Positions 9,210 through 18,516 of a stretch of DNA of 64,000 nt are shown here, one piece after another (the stretch's first letter is position 1; the number at the start of each line of letters is the position of its first letter). The translations under genes and the position numbers were made by a program. The DNA is taken from positions 360,336 to 424,335 of the forward strand of contig CAJPQK010000001.1 of the NCBI GenBank assembly GCA_905372835.1. The letters run 5' to 3'. A model generated the notes under the pieces. That model made no database searches, had not been told where the DNA came from, and saw only the letters and a program-made list of their open reading frames with translations. Source of the DNA: Candidatus Saccharimonadota bacterium. GTDB taxonomy: Bacteria; Patescibacteriota; Saccharimonadia; Saccharimonadales; Saccharimonadaceae.

Positions 9210-9980
9210 ATGCAAGTTCATGTTGCCATCCCACACTATAACGCTCCTCGGGCTTTGAGGAATCTTTTGGCGCAGCTGACGAAACAGGGTTTTGACAGCA
9301 TCACGGTGCTTGATGATCATTCTACTGACCAGCAAGTACTGCAAGACGTCGCTCGTAAATTTCCGGCAGTTAATTTTATCTTTGGTGAGGAAAATGTTGG
9401 CGCAGGAGCTAATCGTAATCGCTTTTTGGATATGCATAAAACTGGCGTGGTGTGGTTCATTGATTGTGACATGCGTGTTGAGACAGAGAATGTTGCCGAT
9501 ATATTGCGTCAAAAGTTTGCTGGCGAAAATCACATCATGCTTGGTAGTACCATTCTCTACACCAATGGTCAGCCGATGGCCTGGAATTATGGTCATGAAA
9601 TGCATCCGCAGCATGACAGGCAGTTTATACAGGCAGTCCAAGCAGATGATCGCCAAACATTACGGCAATGCGGTTGGGATTATCCATGGATTTGGGGCGA
9701 GCGAGTTACGGCGGATCGCCAAGTTGATTGGGTGGCTGAGGGGAGCTTCGCGCTGCTGATTGATGATTTTGCAAAGGTTGGTGGATATGACGTAGAGTTT
9801 CGCTATCATGAAGGGCAGGATTTAGCGCATCGACTGCGTGAGGCGGGTGTAAAGATTATGGTGACCGGAGATATTGTCTGTACGCACTTGGATATTGATG
9901 TTCGTGGCAAAGCTCGCCACCGGGAAGTTGAGCAGTCCGCTAAGTTATTTTACCGGAAGCATCAGATTCGGCTTGACTAA
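9210..9980 (+). CDS. glycosyltransferase family 2
   Basis: VAIPHYNAPRALRNLL...ITVLDDHSTD N-terminal GT-A motifs. The ATG directly abuts the previous stop. Confidence 0.8.
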   Translation: MQVHVAIPHYNAPRALRNLLAQLTKQGFDSITVLDDHSTDQQVLQDVARKFPAVNFIFGEENVGAGANRNRFLDMHKTGVVWFIDCDMRVETENVADILRQKFAGENHIMLGSTILYTNGQPMAWNYGHEMHPQHDRQFIQAVQADDRQTLRQCGWDYPWIWGERVTADRQVDWVAEGSFALLIDDFAKVGGYDVEFRYHEGQDLAHRLREAGVKIMVTGDIVCTHLDIDVRGKARHREVEQSAKLFYRKHQIRLD

Positions 9981-9999
9981 GATAGTGTATAATGCACAT

Positions 10000-10698
10000 A
10001 TGGATAAATTCAGAACACCGAAGCTCTACTGTTTTTCACCGCCAGTGATGTTGGCAACCTTAGCTATTGAGATAATTTTAGCGATTCATACAGTGTGGCG
10101 TTACAAACTGACTCCCGTGACGAGGATCGTTGTGGCGCTGCTCGTTTGTTTGGCGCTGTTTCAATGGGCTGAGTACAATGTTTGTGAAGGCACGGTGCTG
10201 TTTGATAGCGTGGGCTGGGCGAAGCTTGGCTACGTGGCGATCACTATGTTGCCACCTCTGGGCATTCATCTAGTCTATCAAATCTCTGCCGACAAACGAC
10301 GTTGGATTCCAGTGCTGGGATATGTCCTGGCAGTCGTATTCATCAGCTACTTTTTACTGGCAGTCAACGGAGTTAGCGCTGGCGTTTGCCTGGGTAATTA
10401 TGTGATTTTTGAAAATCAGCCAGGCATCAGCGAGTGGTATGGGTTGTCCTACTACGGCTTGCTGTTCGTGGCAATCGCCTACGCCTATACTCGTGGTAAA
10501 AACGCCAAAAAGCATATTCGCCGCTCATTGTGGTCATTGATCATCGGCTATGTACTGTTCATTGCGCCAACGACGTTTGTTAATATCATTGATCCATCAA
10601 CCATCACTGGTATCCCGTCGATTATGTGCGGCTTTGCGGTACTAATGGCAGTAGCTCTTGTCGGAAAAGTCTTGCCAGAATACACAAAGCAAAAATAG
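10000..10698 (+). CDS. hypothetical integral membrane protein (about 7 TM)
   Basis: Start moved to the ATG at 10000 (MDKFRTPKLY...), 6 nt downstream of TATAAT (9988-9993). Hydrophobic throughout. Confidence 0.65.
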   Translation: MDKFRTPKLYCFSPPVMLATLAIEIILAIHTVWRYKLTPVTRIVVALLVCLALFQWAEYNVCEGTVLFDSVGWAKLGYVAITMLPPLGIHLVYQISADKRRWIPVLGYVLAVVFISYFLLAVNGVSAGVCLGNYVIFENQPGISEWYGLSYYGLLFVAIAYAYTRGKNAKKHIRRSLWSLIIGYVLFIAPTTFVNIIDPSTITGIPSIMCGFAVLMAVALVGKVLPEYTKQK

Positions 10699-10737
10699 TG
10701 CTTGTGTTTTTATGACAATTGGTGCATAATCACAAGT

Positions 10738-10826
10738 GAGCTGGTACGCATAGGGGCATCTCCTATGCTTGCCAATTGAAAGACAAACACATTTTCAACA
10801 TGCCCCGGGTGGGCGCGTAGCAGCTC
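10738..10826 (+). ncRNA. candidate structured RNA (unknown class)
   Basis: GAGCTGGTACGC (10738-10749) pairs with GCGTAGCAGCTC (10815-10826), 12 bp with one G-G mismatch. Inner hairpin ATAGG/CCTAT. Loop GGGGCAT is complementary to ATGCCCC at 10800-10806. Putative promoter TTGTGT-N17-CATAAT ends at 10730. Confidence 0.25.
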
Positions 10827-10841
10827 CGCTTTGCTATTTCG

Positions 10842-10869
10842 GCGACTTGCATTGGTTTCGGCAAGTCGC
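10842..10869. promoter_or_regulatory. perfect 9-bp inverted repeat GCGACTTGC-N10-GCAAGTCGC over the -35 region of the murF-like promoter
   Basis: Seen directly. It lies 4 nt upstream of TGgTATGAT (10873-10881), which precedes the ATG at 10888 by 6 nt. No U-tract follows, so an operator is more likely than a terminator. Confidence 0.4.
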
Positions 10870-10887
10870 TTATGGTATGATAACTAT

Positions 10888-12186
10888 ATGTTTCGACGAT
10901 CATTTGAAAAGAAAATTCCATTGTTAGTGCGTGAGTTTTTTGCTTCGCATGCGGACGTGAAACTGATCGCAGTGACGGGTAGCACTGGCAAGACGAGTGC
11001 CAAAATTGCTATCGGTACGGTTTTGTCACAGCGCTATGCCATTGCCATGCCGCAGCTAGAGCCAAAATCTCACATGCAGACATTGCTACAAATCATGGGG
11101 GTACGCTATCCTGAGGGTCCTGAAAAAAAATGGGGATTCTTTGCACGCCGCAATATGTACCGCGCTGTCAAAAAACGAGCTCGCGCTGAGCATCCAGAAG
11201 TACAAGTAATTGTTCAGGAATTTAGCCCTCAGACTATTGGTTTTCATGATTGGTTTAAAACCGTCATTTTACCAGACATTGCCGTCATCACTTCCGTTAC
11301 TACAGGGCGTATGCGCGTCGAACATACCATAGAAGAAGTCGCTCAGGAAATGATTACGCTGGGTAATAATTCTCGGATGGCATTGATCAATCGCGATGAC
11401 ATCGAAGGTCGGTTTGCGGCCTTTGTCACCAATCCAAATATAACCACCTATGGCACTAGTGGGGTTGCAGAATATTATTTTGATGAACATGATTTCTCAC
11501 TCACCGAAGGGCATTTTGGCGCTATGGTGTCGCCAGAATATCCAGAAGGTATCCAAACACAGTTGAAACTGCTGGGCGAACATAACCTCAGGCCAGCAGT
11601 AGCCGCCATGGCTGTGGCTGTCAAATTAGGCATGGATGTTGGCTCAATTCAGCGAGGCTTGGAAGCACTGCGCCCGATCCCAGGACGAATGCAGTTGCTG
11701 CGCGGTGCCGATGGCACTATTCTTCTGGACGACAGCTACAGCGCATCACCATCGACTATGACCGCCGCCATTCAGACACTGTATAGTTTGAGCGCTCCTC
11801 AAAAAATCGCTGTCCTAGGCAACATCAACGGTTTGAGAGAATCGATGCCACAAGAAATGTCCAAGCTGGGATATTTGTGTAGCCCTAATGAACTTGACTG
11901 GGTGGTGACGGTCGGAGAAATGGCCAACCAATATTTGGCGCCATCGGCTCGCCAGCGTGGCTGTCAGGTAAAAGAATGCAAAGACGCCATTGAAGCTGGT
12001 AGCTTTGTGCGCGACAAACTGAAAAAAGACGGTATTGCGCTGTTCAAAGGCTCATCGGGTGGTGTCTGGCTGGAAGAGGCTATTAAGATCAATCTTCATA
12101 CGGCAATTGATGAAAACAAGTTAGTTCGTCAGACACCAGAATGGATAGCCAGGAAGAATGCATTTTTCTCTCGTTTTAGTGATTAG
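10888..12186 (+). CDS. Mur ligase family protein, MurF-like but lacking the usual N-terminal domain
   Basis: P-loop VTGSTGKTS about 30 aa from the start. DDSYSASPSTMTAAIQTL resembles the MurF DDTYNANP motif. Start set to the ATG at 10888 rather than the TTG at 10831. Confidence 0.75.
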   Translation: MFRRSFEKKIPLLVREFFASHADVKLIAVTGSTGKTSAKIAIGTVLSQRYAIAMPQLEPKSHMQTLLQIMGVRYPEGPEKKWGFFARRNMYRAVKKRARAEHPEVQVIVQEFSPQTIGFHDWFKTVILPDIAVITSVTTGRMRVEHTIEEVAQEMITLGNNSRMALINRDDIEGRFAAFVTNPNITTYGTSGVAEYYFDEHDFSLTEGHFGAMVSPEYPEGIQTQLKLLGEHNLRPAVAAMAVAVKLGMDVGSIQRGLEALRPIPGRMQLLRGADGTILLDDSYSASPSTMTAAIQTLYSLSAPQKIAVLGNINGLRESMPQEMSKLGYLCSPNELDWVVTVGEMANQYLAPSARQRGCQVKECKDAIEAGSFVRDKLKKDGIALFKGSSGGVWLEEAIKINLHTAIDENKLVRQTPEWIARKNAFFSRFSD

Positions 12187-12226
12187 CTGCTATAATGAGT
12201 AACATAGTAGTAATTTGGAGGGGTAT

Positions 12227-13408
12227 ATGAGCATACAGCAGCCAACAACAGCACCGGCTGAGTCAACGCCGCCGGCTGAACAGCCGCCTATCATGGGTGC
12301 AATCAACAAACCGAAAAAGAAAAACCGTAAAAAGTTGATTATTAGCTTGGTCGTAGGATCATTAGTCACCATTGGCTTGATTGCAGGATTGTTGTGGTAT
12401 TTGTTGGTATTCAATAACCCGCAACGCGTGCTGGAAGCGTCAATTGTCAATGCAATCATGTCAAACAATTCTGTCACTGAAGGACGGCTGACTTTTGAAG
12501 GCAAAGGTAATCAAAAGGTTACCATCAAACTCAAATCATCAGATGCAGAGAAGGGTCAGGAGCTGCAAGCTGATATAACAGTTAACGCCGGTGGTTCTGA
12601 TAAAACGATACAGTTCGCGCTGCCAAAAGTGAATGTGCGCAATACTGAAGACGCAACGTATATTAAACTGGAGAATGTTCGCAGCTCAATCGAGACAGCG
12701 ATAGATCGTTACATGGAAAGCGTTTCCTCGCCTGGTGGTGCAATTTCTAGCCGATCTCAGACAAAGTCACTCAAAGAGACAATGCTGAAGCAATTTGAGA
12801 CGCTCATCAATGAAATCGATGGTAATTGGATCAAGGTTTCTTCAGACGACTTGGAGCAGTCAGAGGAAGCGAAATGTGTGATGAATGCAGTTCGCCGTGC
12901 TAAGGACGATGCTGCTGTTCGCGAAGAAATCGCTCAAGCATACCGCAACAATAATTTCCTGCAAATCAAGAAAGATTTGGGAACAAAAGATGGTCTGCGT
13001 GGATTTGAAATTGACCTGAGCGACGCCACTCTTGAGAAACGTAAGAGTTTTGCTAAAGCATTGAGCGAAACAACATACGCCAAGAAGATTAAAGAATGTG
13101 GTGGCAGTAGCTCAAAAGCGCTTGATACGGATTCACTTGATTTCAAGAAGGTAGATGTTTCCCTGAAGCTGTGGATTGACAACGCAAAGAGGCAAGTGCG
13201 CCGCGTAGAGTTTGAGGGTTCATCTCAGGGCAACAAGATCTCTCTCGAGACAGGAGTCATGTACGGCGATGCCAAGAAAGTTGAAGCACCATCTGACGCA
13301 AAAGACCTGAAGGATGTTTTGAAGAAAATCCAATCAAGTCCGCTGTCTAGCTTTGTTCCGAAGAGTAGCACTCCAGCAAGCTCAACAAGTGATGCTGACG
13401 AAGCGTAA
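12227..13408 (+). CDS. hypothetical membrane-anchored extracytoplasmic protein
   Basis: GGAGG at 12217-12221 then ATG at 12227. Pro-rich N-terminus, KKKNRKK, one TM helix, then a Lys/Glu/Ser-rich soluble region. No family recognised. Confidence 0.65.
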   Translation: MSIQQPTTAPAESTPPAEQPPIMGAINKPKKKNRKKLIISLVVGSLVTIGLIAGLLWYLLVFNNPQRVLEASIVNAIMSNNSVTEGRLTFEGKGNQKVTIKLKSSDAEKGQELQADITVNAGGSDKTIQFALPKVNVRNTEDATYIKLENVRSSIETAIDRYMESVSSPGGAISSRSQTKSLKETMLKQFETLINEIDGNWIKVSSDDLEQSEEAKCVMNAVRRAKDDAAVREEIAQAYRNNNFLQIKKDLGTKDGLRGFEIDLSDATLEKRKSFAKALSETTYAKKIKECGGSSSKALDTDSLDFKKVDVSLKLWIDNAKRQVRRVEFEGSSQGNKISLETGVMYGDAKKVEAPSDAKDLKDVLKKIQSSPLSSFVPKSSTPASSTSDADEA

Positions 13409-13428
13409 CTAGCCTCTCGTTGACGGTT

Positions 13429-13459
13429 AATCGCCCCGCTCTCATGTGGGGCGATTTTC
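13429..13459 (+). terminator. rho-independent terminator
   Basis: AATCGCCCC ... GGGGCGATT stem followed by a T-run, immediately before the leuS extended -10. Confidence 0.75.
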
Positions 13460-13476
13460 GTGCTATAATTACAGAT

Positions 13477-15963
13477 ATGAAACGCTATAATCCGACGGAA
13501 ATTGAGAAAAAATGGCAAGATAAGTGGGAGGCTGACGACACCTATGTCACTGACCTTAGTGATATGACGCGCCCAAAATACTATAGTCTTAGTATGCTGC
13601 CTGGCATCACCGGAGCTGGTATTCACATCGGTCACGGTCGGACGTTTCAGTTTGCCGACATCAAAGCACGCTTGAAGCGTCAGCAAGGCTACAATGTGTA
13701 TCATCCAATTGGCTGGGATAGCTTTGGTTTGCCGGTGGAAAATTACGCCATCAAGGTCGGTAAAACGCCGCGAGTGGCGCATGACGAAGCCAAGGCTCAT
13801 TTCATCGCCCAACTGAAGCGGCTCGGGTTTAGCTATGATTGGTCGAAGGAGATTTCTACTGCCGACCCTGAGTATTATAAGTGGACTCAGTGGATTTTTA
13901 CGCAGCTGTATAAGCACGATTTGGCGTATCAAAAAGAGCAGCCGCAATGGTGGTGTGATACCGACAATACGGTGCTGGCTAACGAGCAGGTCGAGGGCGG
14001 CAAATGTTGGCGCTGCGGCAATCCTGTGACCAAGCGCAACCTCAAGCAGTGGTTTTTCCGCATCACCGCCTATGCTGACGAGATGTTAGAGGCGACTGAC
14101 GACTTGGACTGGACGGACATGGTCAAGACCATGCAGAAAAATTGGATTGGCCGGTCGGTTGGCGCGGAGGTTGATTTTGTAGTCAACGGACAGGATGCCA
14201 TCATTACCGTATTCACCACACGCCCCGACACCTTGTTTGGCGCCAGTTATGTCGCCTTGGCGCCAGAACATCCACTGGTTTCTCAGTTGGTCAATGCTGA
14301 CACGCGAGCCAAGGTTGAAGCGTATGTTCAAGCAGCCCAGCAAAAATCCGATGTCGAACGCCAGGAAAATAAGGATAAATCCGGCATCTTTACTGGCAGC
14401 TATGTCATCAACCCAGTCAATGGCCAAAAGCTGCCAATTTGGGTGGCGGACTACGTACTGAGTGGTTACGGCACGGGTGCAGTCATGGCGGTACCGGCAC
14501 ATGATGAACGTGACTTTGCCTTTGCTGAGAAATTTGACTTGCCAATTGTTCAGGTAGTTGATAAGCCGGAGGATTCGGCAGACGTCGGCTGCTACACTGG
14601 TGAAGGTGAATTGATCAATTCTGGGCAATTCGACGGTACGCGTAGTGAAGATGCCCGCGAGCAAATCGTCGCGTGGCTGGAACAGCAGGGATCTGGTCGT
14701 GGTAAAACTACTTACAAAATGCGTGACTGGCTGATTTCTCGCCAGCGGTACTGGGGTGCGCCAATTCCGATGGTTCATGTTGACGGTTTCGGGCCAATCG
14801 CTGTAGCGGATGAGTGCTTGCCGGTGATTCTTCCAGAAGTCGAGAACTTCAAGCCAACGGGCGGCAATACGTCGGTCCTAGCGCAAGTTGATGATTGGGT
14901 GCGCGTGTGGGTTGACGTCGAGACGGGTAAAACCGCGCCGATTACTGAGCCAAAGCCTGCGGGCGACAATTGGCATGAAGGCCGACGCGAAACTGATACC
15001 CTGGACGGATATGCCTGTTCCAGCTGGTATTTCCTGCGCTATCTTGACCCGCACAATGACGCCGAGGCGTGGAATCCTGAACGAATTAGCCATTGGATGC
15101 CGGTCGATTATTACAATGGTGCCGACCACGCGGTGGCGCACCTACTGTACAGTCGTTTTTGGATGCACTTCTTCCATAAACTCGGCTTGGTGCCGACGCC
15201 AGAACCATTCAAGCGGATGATGTATAACGCTTACATCATGGCGCCGGACGGTCAAAAGATGAGTAAATCCAAGGGTAATGTCATCGATCCAATGGAGATT
15301 ATGGACAGTGGTTATGGGGCTGATGCATTGCGCGTTTACGAGATGTTCATCGCGCCGTATGATATGGATGCACCGTGGGATCTGCGCGGGGTGCCGGGGA
15401 CGTATCGGTTCTTAAATCGAGTATGGAATGTGGTGCAGGAATTTGTAGCAGCACCTGAATCTACTTCTGAAGATGACCAAGAACTGCTTCGCCTGACGCA
15501 CTCAACCATCAAAAAAGTCACTCGTGACATTGAGGATGAGAAGTTTAATACAGCAGTAGCGGCAATGATGGAAATGGTCAACGGCCTATACAAATTCAAA
15601 GAGTCACACGGTATGCAAGCGTCGGAAACATGGCGGTTCACTCTGGAGAGTTTACTACAAATCTTAGCGCCATTCGCACCGCACATCACTGAAGAATTGT
15701 GGCAAGAATTGGGCCACACTGATACCATCCACGTCAATCACTGGCCAAAGTGGGACGAGAAATATCTGGTGAGCGATGTGATGACCATCATCGTCCAGGT
15801 TAACGGCAAGCTTCGATCAAAGCTGGAGCTGCCAGCCGACATTGACCAGCGAGGCGTTGAAGAAGCAGCCTTAGCTGACGCCAATGTTCAAAAGTTCACA
15901 AACAATAAACCACCTAAAAAGATGGTTTATGTTCCGGGTAAACTACTTAACGTTGTTATTTAG
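13477..15963 (+). CDS. leuS: leucine--tRNA ligase
   Basis: MKRYNPTEIEKKWQDKW, HIGH-type motif HIGHGRT, KMSKS motif present. TGcTATAAT at 13461-13469 lies 7 nt upstream of the ATG. Confidence 0.96.
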   Translation: MKRYNPTEIEKKWQDKWEADDTYVTDLSDMTRPKYYSLSMLPGITGAGIHIGHGRTFQFADIKARLKRQQGYNVYHPIGWDSFGLPVENYAIKVGKTPRVAHDEAKAHFIAQLKRLGFSYDWSKEISTADPEYYKWTQWIFTQLYKHDLAYQKEQPQWWCDTDNTVLANEQVEGGKCWRCGNPVTKRNLKQWFFRITAYADEMLEATDDLDWTDMVKTMQKNWIGRSVGAEVDFVVNGQDAIITVFTTRPDTLFGASYVALAPEHPLVSQLVNADTRAKVEAYVQAAQQKSDVERQENKDKSGIFTGSYVINPVNGQKLPIWVADYVLSGYGTGAVMAVPAHDERDFAFAEKFDLPIVQVVDKPEDSADVGCYTGEGELINSGQFDGTRSEDAREQIVAWLEQQGSGRGKTTYKMRDWLISRQRYWGAPIPMVHVDGFGPIAVADECLPVILPEVENFKPTGGNTSVLAQVDDWVRVWVDVETGKTAPITEPKPAGDNWHEGRRETDTLDGYACSSWYFLRYLDPHNDAEAWNPERISHWMPVDYYNGADHAVAHLLYSRFWMHFFHKLGLVPTPEPFKRMMYNAYIMAPDGQKMSKSKGNVIDPMEIMDSGYGADALRVYEMFIAPYDMDAPWDLRGVPGTYRFLNRVWNVVQEFVAAPESTSEDDQELLRLTHSTIKKVTRDIEDEKFNTAVAAMMEMVNGLYKFKESHGMQASETWRFTLESLLQILAPFAPHITEELWQELGHTDTIHVNHWPKWDEKYLVSDVMTIIVQVNGKLRSKLELPADIDQRGVEEAALADANVQKFTNNKPPKKMVYVPGKLLNVVI

Positions 15964-16462
15964 CCTTAGGTTTTGCGTCTGCAGGAAAGATTTCTTTCTT
16001 GCCATCGCCATTAGTGTCTTTCTCGACCATAGTAACAGTGAACTCTTTTGGAGGAATCTTGTATTTTGAATTGTCAAGGACTTCCTGACTAGCCTCTGTG
16101 ACTACACCAATATTAAGGTTAATCTGGTCTGCAGACCACCCCTCTTGTTCGCCGACTTCTTCAGCGGCTCGCTGTGCCGCAGAGTTAACGGAATCACCAT
16201 CCTGTAAATCGACAGAGAAAGTTTTTTCCGGTCCTAGCAGTGATGGGTTTTCGTGTGCCGCGTTAACAAAATCAATGGCGCCTTGCTCCGCGACGGCAGC
16301 AGGACTGTCTGGTGCTTCGGCGCTAGACCTGCCTTCCCATGGATATAAGCCAAGGCCTAATCCAGTGACACCTATGGCTAGCATCCCCACAGTTTTTCTG
16401 AGCCTGTTCTCTATTTTTTCCTTTTTTGCAAAGCTTGTTCCTGGTAATCGTTCATTCTTCAT
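15956..16462 (-). CDS. hypothetical secreted/membrane-anchored protein
   Basis: MKNERLPG..., one TM/signal helix (MLAIGVTGLGLGL). Start 7 nt downstream of TGcTATTAT (minus sense, plus coords 16470-16478). 3' end overlaps the leuS 3' end by 8 nt. Confidence 0.6.
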   Translation of the reverse strand: MKNERLPGTSFAKKEKIENRLRKTVGMLAIGVTGLGLGLYPWEGRSSAEAPDSPAAVAEQGAIDFVNAAHENPSLLGPEKTFSVDLQDGDSVNSAAQRAAEEVGEQEGWSADQINLNIGVVTEASQEVLDNSKYKIPPKEFTVTMVEKDTNGDGKKEIFPADAKPKAK

Positions 16463-16596
16463 GCTTGGTATAATAGCATAAGCAACATAAAAAGTCAAGT
16501 ATATTGTAGAATATCTCAGACTATACTCTTGAGAAAAATCGTAAAAACCGTTATAATAAAGCCCAAGTGTTAATATAAACTGATAAAGGAGAGATT

Positions 16597-16743
16597 ATGG
16601 CACAACCTAAAAAACAGAGCAGCCCGCGAAAAACTGGCCTGCGCCGCAGCCACTTGGTATTGAAATTAGCTCGCCGTGTAAACGGTTCTTCACCAGTTAA
16701 AGCCTGGACTACCAAGCGCGAAACTGGCAAAAAAACGAAATAG
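16597..16743 (+). CDS. rpmF: 50S ribosomal protein L32 (bL32)
   Basis: Not in the ORF track (48 aa): MAQPKKQSSPRKTGLRRSHLVLKLARRVNGSSPVKAWTTKRETGKKTK. AAGGAGAG Shine-Dalgarno 6 nt upstream. N-terminal M-A-x-P-K-K-x-x-S and RRSH match the L32 pattern. Confidence 0.85.
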   Translation: MAQPKKQSSPRKTGLRRSHLVLKLARRVNGSSPVKAWTTKRETGKKTK

Positions 16744-16776
16744 TAGTAATATAACCCGAACAGGAACGTTTTACGC

Positions 16777-17229
16777 ATGGCTTCAAACCGTCATTTAGGA
16801 CGAATCGTCGCTCTTCAGACATTGTATGAATATGAATTTCGCCGTGAGGTTGGAGACGATACAGTCGAATACAAAGACATTCTTGAGAGAAATCTTGATA
16901 AGTACAAGTCATCAGTCGATGATGTCGATTTTGTGGATAAGCTGGTGCGCGGCGTGATCTCGGTGCAGCAGGAACTGGATGAACAGTTGCGTCCGTTGGC
17001 TCCCGAATGGCCAATTGAGCAGATCGCGCGAATTGACCGAGCAGTTTTGCGGTTAGCGCTGTATGAGCTTAATCACGCAAAAGATGCACCTCCAAAAGTG
17101 GTCATCAATGAAGCAGTCGAATTAGCCAAAGCGTTTGGTTCGGATAACTCAGGGAAATTTATCAACGGTGTGCTGGGTACAGCATATCGCTCCCTCCAAG
17201 AGGATGCCGATGACAAAGGACAATTTTAG
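16777..17229 (+). CDS. nusB: transcription antitermination factor NusB
   Basis: RIVALQTLYEYEF ... AVLRLALYEL ... KFINGVLG are typical NusB helices. Confidence 0.9.
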   Translation: MASNRHLGRIVALQTLYEYEFRREVGDDTVEYKDILERNLDKYKSSVDDVDFVDKLVRGVISVQQELDEQLRPLAPEWPIEQIARIDRAVLRLALYELNHAKDAPPKVVINEAVELAKAFGSDNSGKFINGVLGTAYRSLQEDADDKGQF

Positions 17230-17707
17230 CGGAATACGCAAATATTTTAGTGGACATAAAAAGCCATCAATTCAAGAAATCGTGCGCGAACCAACAGCTG
17301 GTGGCGTTGTCTTTCGCCGCAACAATAAAGGCGAAGCAGAGTTTTTGTTGTATCAAGATGCGCGGGATCGCTGGACTATCCCAAAGGGGCACATTGAACC
17401 AGGTGAGACGGCGCAGGTAACTGCCAGGCGAGAAATCGGTGAAGAGACCGGCCTGAAAAAGATTGAGGTTTGCGGCTGGCTGGGCAAGGTCAATTTTCGC
17501 TATCGACGGATTGATAAACTGGTGTTGATGACGACGCAGGTATATCTGGTTAAAGCTCTTGATCCAAATGAAAAATTACAAAAAGAAGAGTGGATGAATG
17601 GCCTTAAGTGGTTTTCATTTCACGAAGCTTTGGACGAAATTGAATATGAGGACATTGGTAAATTGATTTTGCTCGCTATGAAACGTATCAGACAGGAGAA
17701 TTTGTAA
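17210..17707 (+). CDS. NUDIX hydrolase
   Basis: Nudix box GHIEPGETAQVTARREIGEETGL. Start uncertain (ATG at 17204 or 17210, both overlapping the nusB 3' end). Confidence 0.85.
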   Translation: MTKDNFSGIRKYFSGHKKPSIQEIVREPTAGGVVFRRNNKGEAEFLLYQDARDRWTIPKGHIEPGETAQVTARREIGEETGLKKIEVCGWLGKVNFRYRRIDKLVLMTTQVYLVKALDPNEKLQKEEWMNGLKWFSFHEALDEIEYEDIGKLILLAMKRIRQENL

Positions 17708-18439
17708 ATGAGTGGGATGAACACGGCGTCATATCAAGAATTTGCGCGCGAAAAACTGGGTTTTGAATTTACAAAACTGGATCTTTTGATCACTGCGTTG
17801 ACGCACCGCAGCTATGTCAATGAGCACCGAAAATCAGTTCACGAGCATAACGAGCGGCTGGAGTTTCTGGGCGATGCGGTTTTGGAATTGGCAGTGACTG
17901 AATATCTGTTTACTAATTTTTCTGAACCAGAAGGTATTTTGACGGCGTGGCGGGCGGCGCTGGTGCGCACAGAGAGCATTGGTGATGCGGGTGATAAGTT
18001 GGGCTATGGTCCGCTCATTCGCATGTCAAAGGGCGAGAAGAACGGCTCGGATCGGGCACACTTACAGATATTGGCCAATGCGTTTGAGGCGGTCATCGGC
18101 GCGATATACTTGGAGCGTGGCTTTGACGATGCACGCGATTTTATCAATAAACACATCATCGTCAAATTGGAGCACATTTTGGAGACTGGCAGTTGGCGTG
18201 ATCCGAAGTCTCATTTGCAGGAGGTTTCGCAGCGATTAGACGGACAAACGCCGGTTTACAAAGTCTTAAGCGAAGAGGGCCCTGACCACGACAAAGTCTT
18301 TAGGCTGGGTGTGTTTGTTGGTGACCGTTTGATGGGTCAAGGAAGTGGTCCATCCAAACAGGTTGCCCAACAAGCAGCGGCTCGGGCTGCATTGGCGGAA
18401 TACCGGCGACTGAATGATGGCTCAGAAAGCGCCTCTTGA
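17708..18439 (+). CDS. rnc: ribonuclease III
   Basis: RNase III signature ERLEFLGDAVLEL, C-terminal dsRBD (KSHLQE...GSGPSKQVAQQAAA). Confidence 0.95.
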   Translation: MSGMNTASYQEFAREKLGFEFTKLDLLITALTHRSYVNEHRKSVHEHNERLEFLGDAVLELAVTEYLFTNFSEPEGILTAWRAALVRTESIGDAGDKLGYGPLIRMSKGEKNGSDRAHLQILANAFEAVIGAIYLERGFDDARDFINKHIIVKLEHILETGSWRDPKSHLQEVSQRLDGQTPVYKVLSEEGPDHDKVFRLGVFVGDRLMGQGSGPSKQVAQQAAARAALAEYRRLNDGSESAS

Positions 18440-18516
18440 GCCTGATTCTGTTATTGCTCGTGCTAAAATGTTTATGATATACTAGCTATACAGTTTAATT
18501 CCGAAGGAGGGGCAGA

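Noticed and set aside
13225-14778. Long minus-strand ORFs (240 aa at 13225-13947 and 230 aa at 14086-14778)
   Set aside because: Both lie antisense to leuS, whose identity is unambiguous. They are Arg/Leu-rich shadow frames with no start context.
16551-16778. 75-aa minus-strand ORF in the track
   Set aside because: It lies exactly antisense to a well-supported rpmF (Shine-Dalgarno plus L32-like sequence) and has an implausible composition (Phe/Leu/Cys-rich, no motif). Treated as a shadow ORF.
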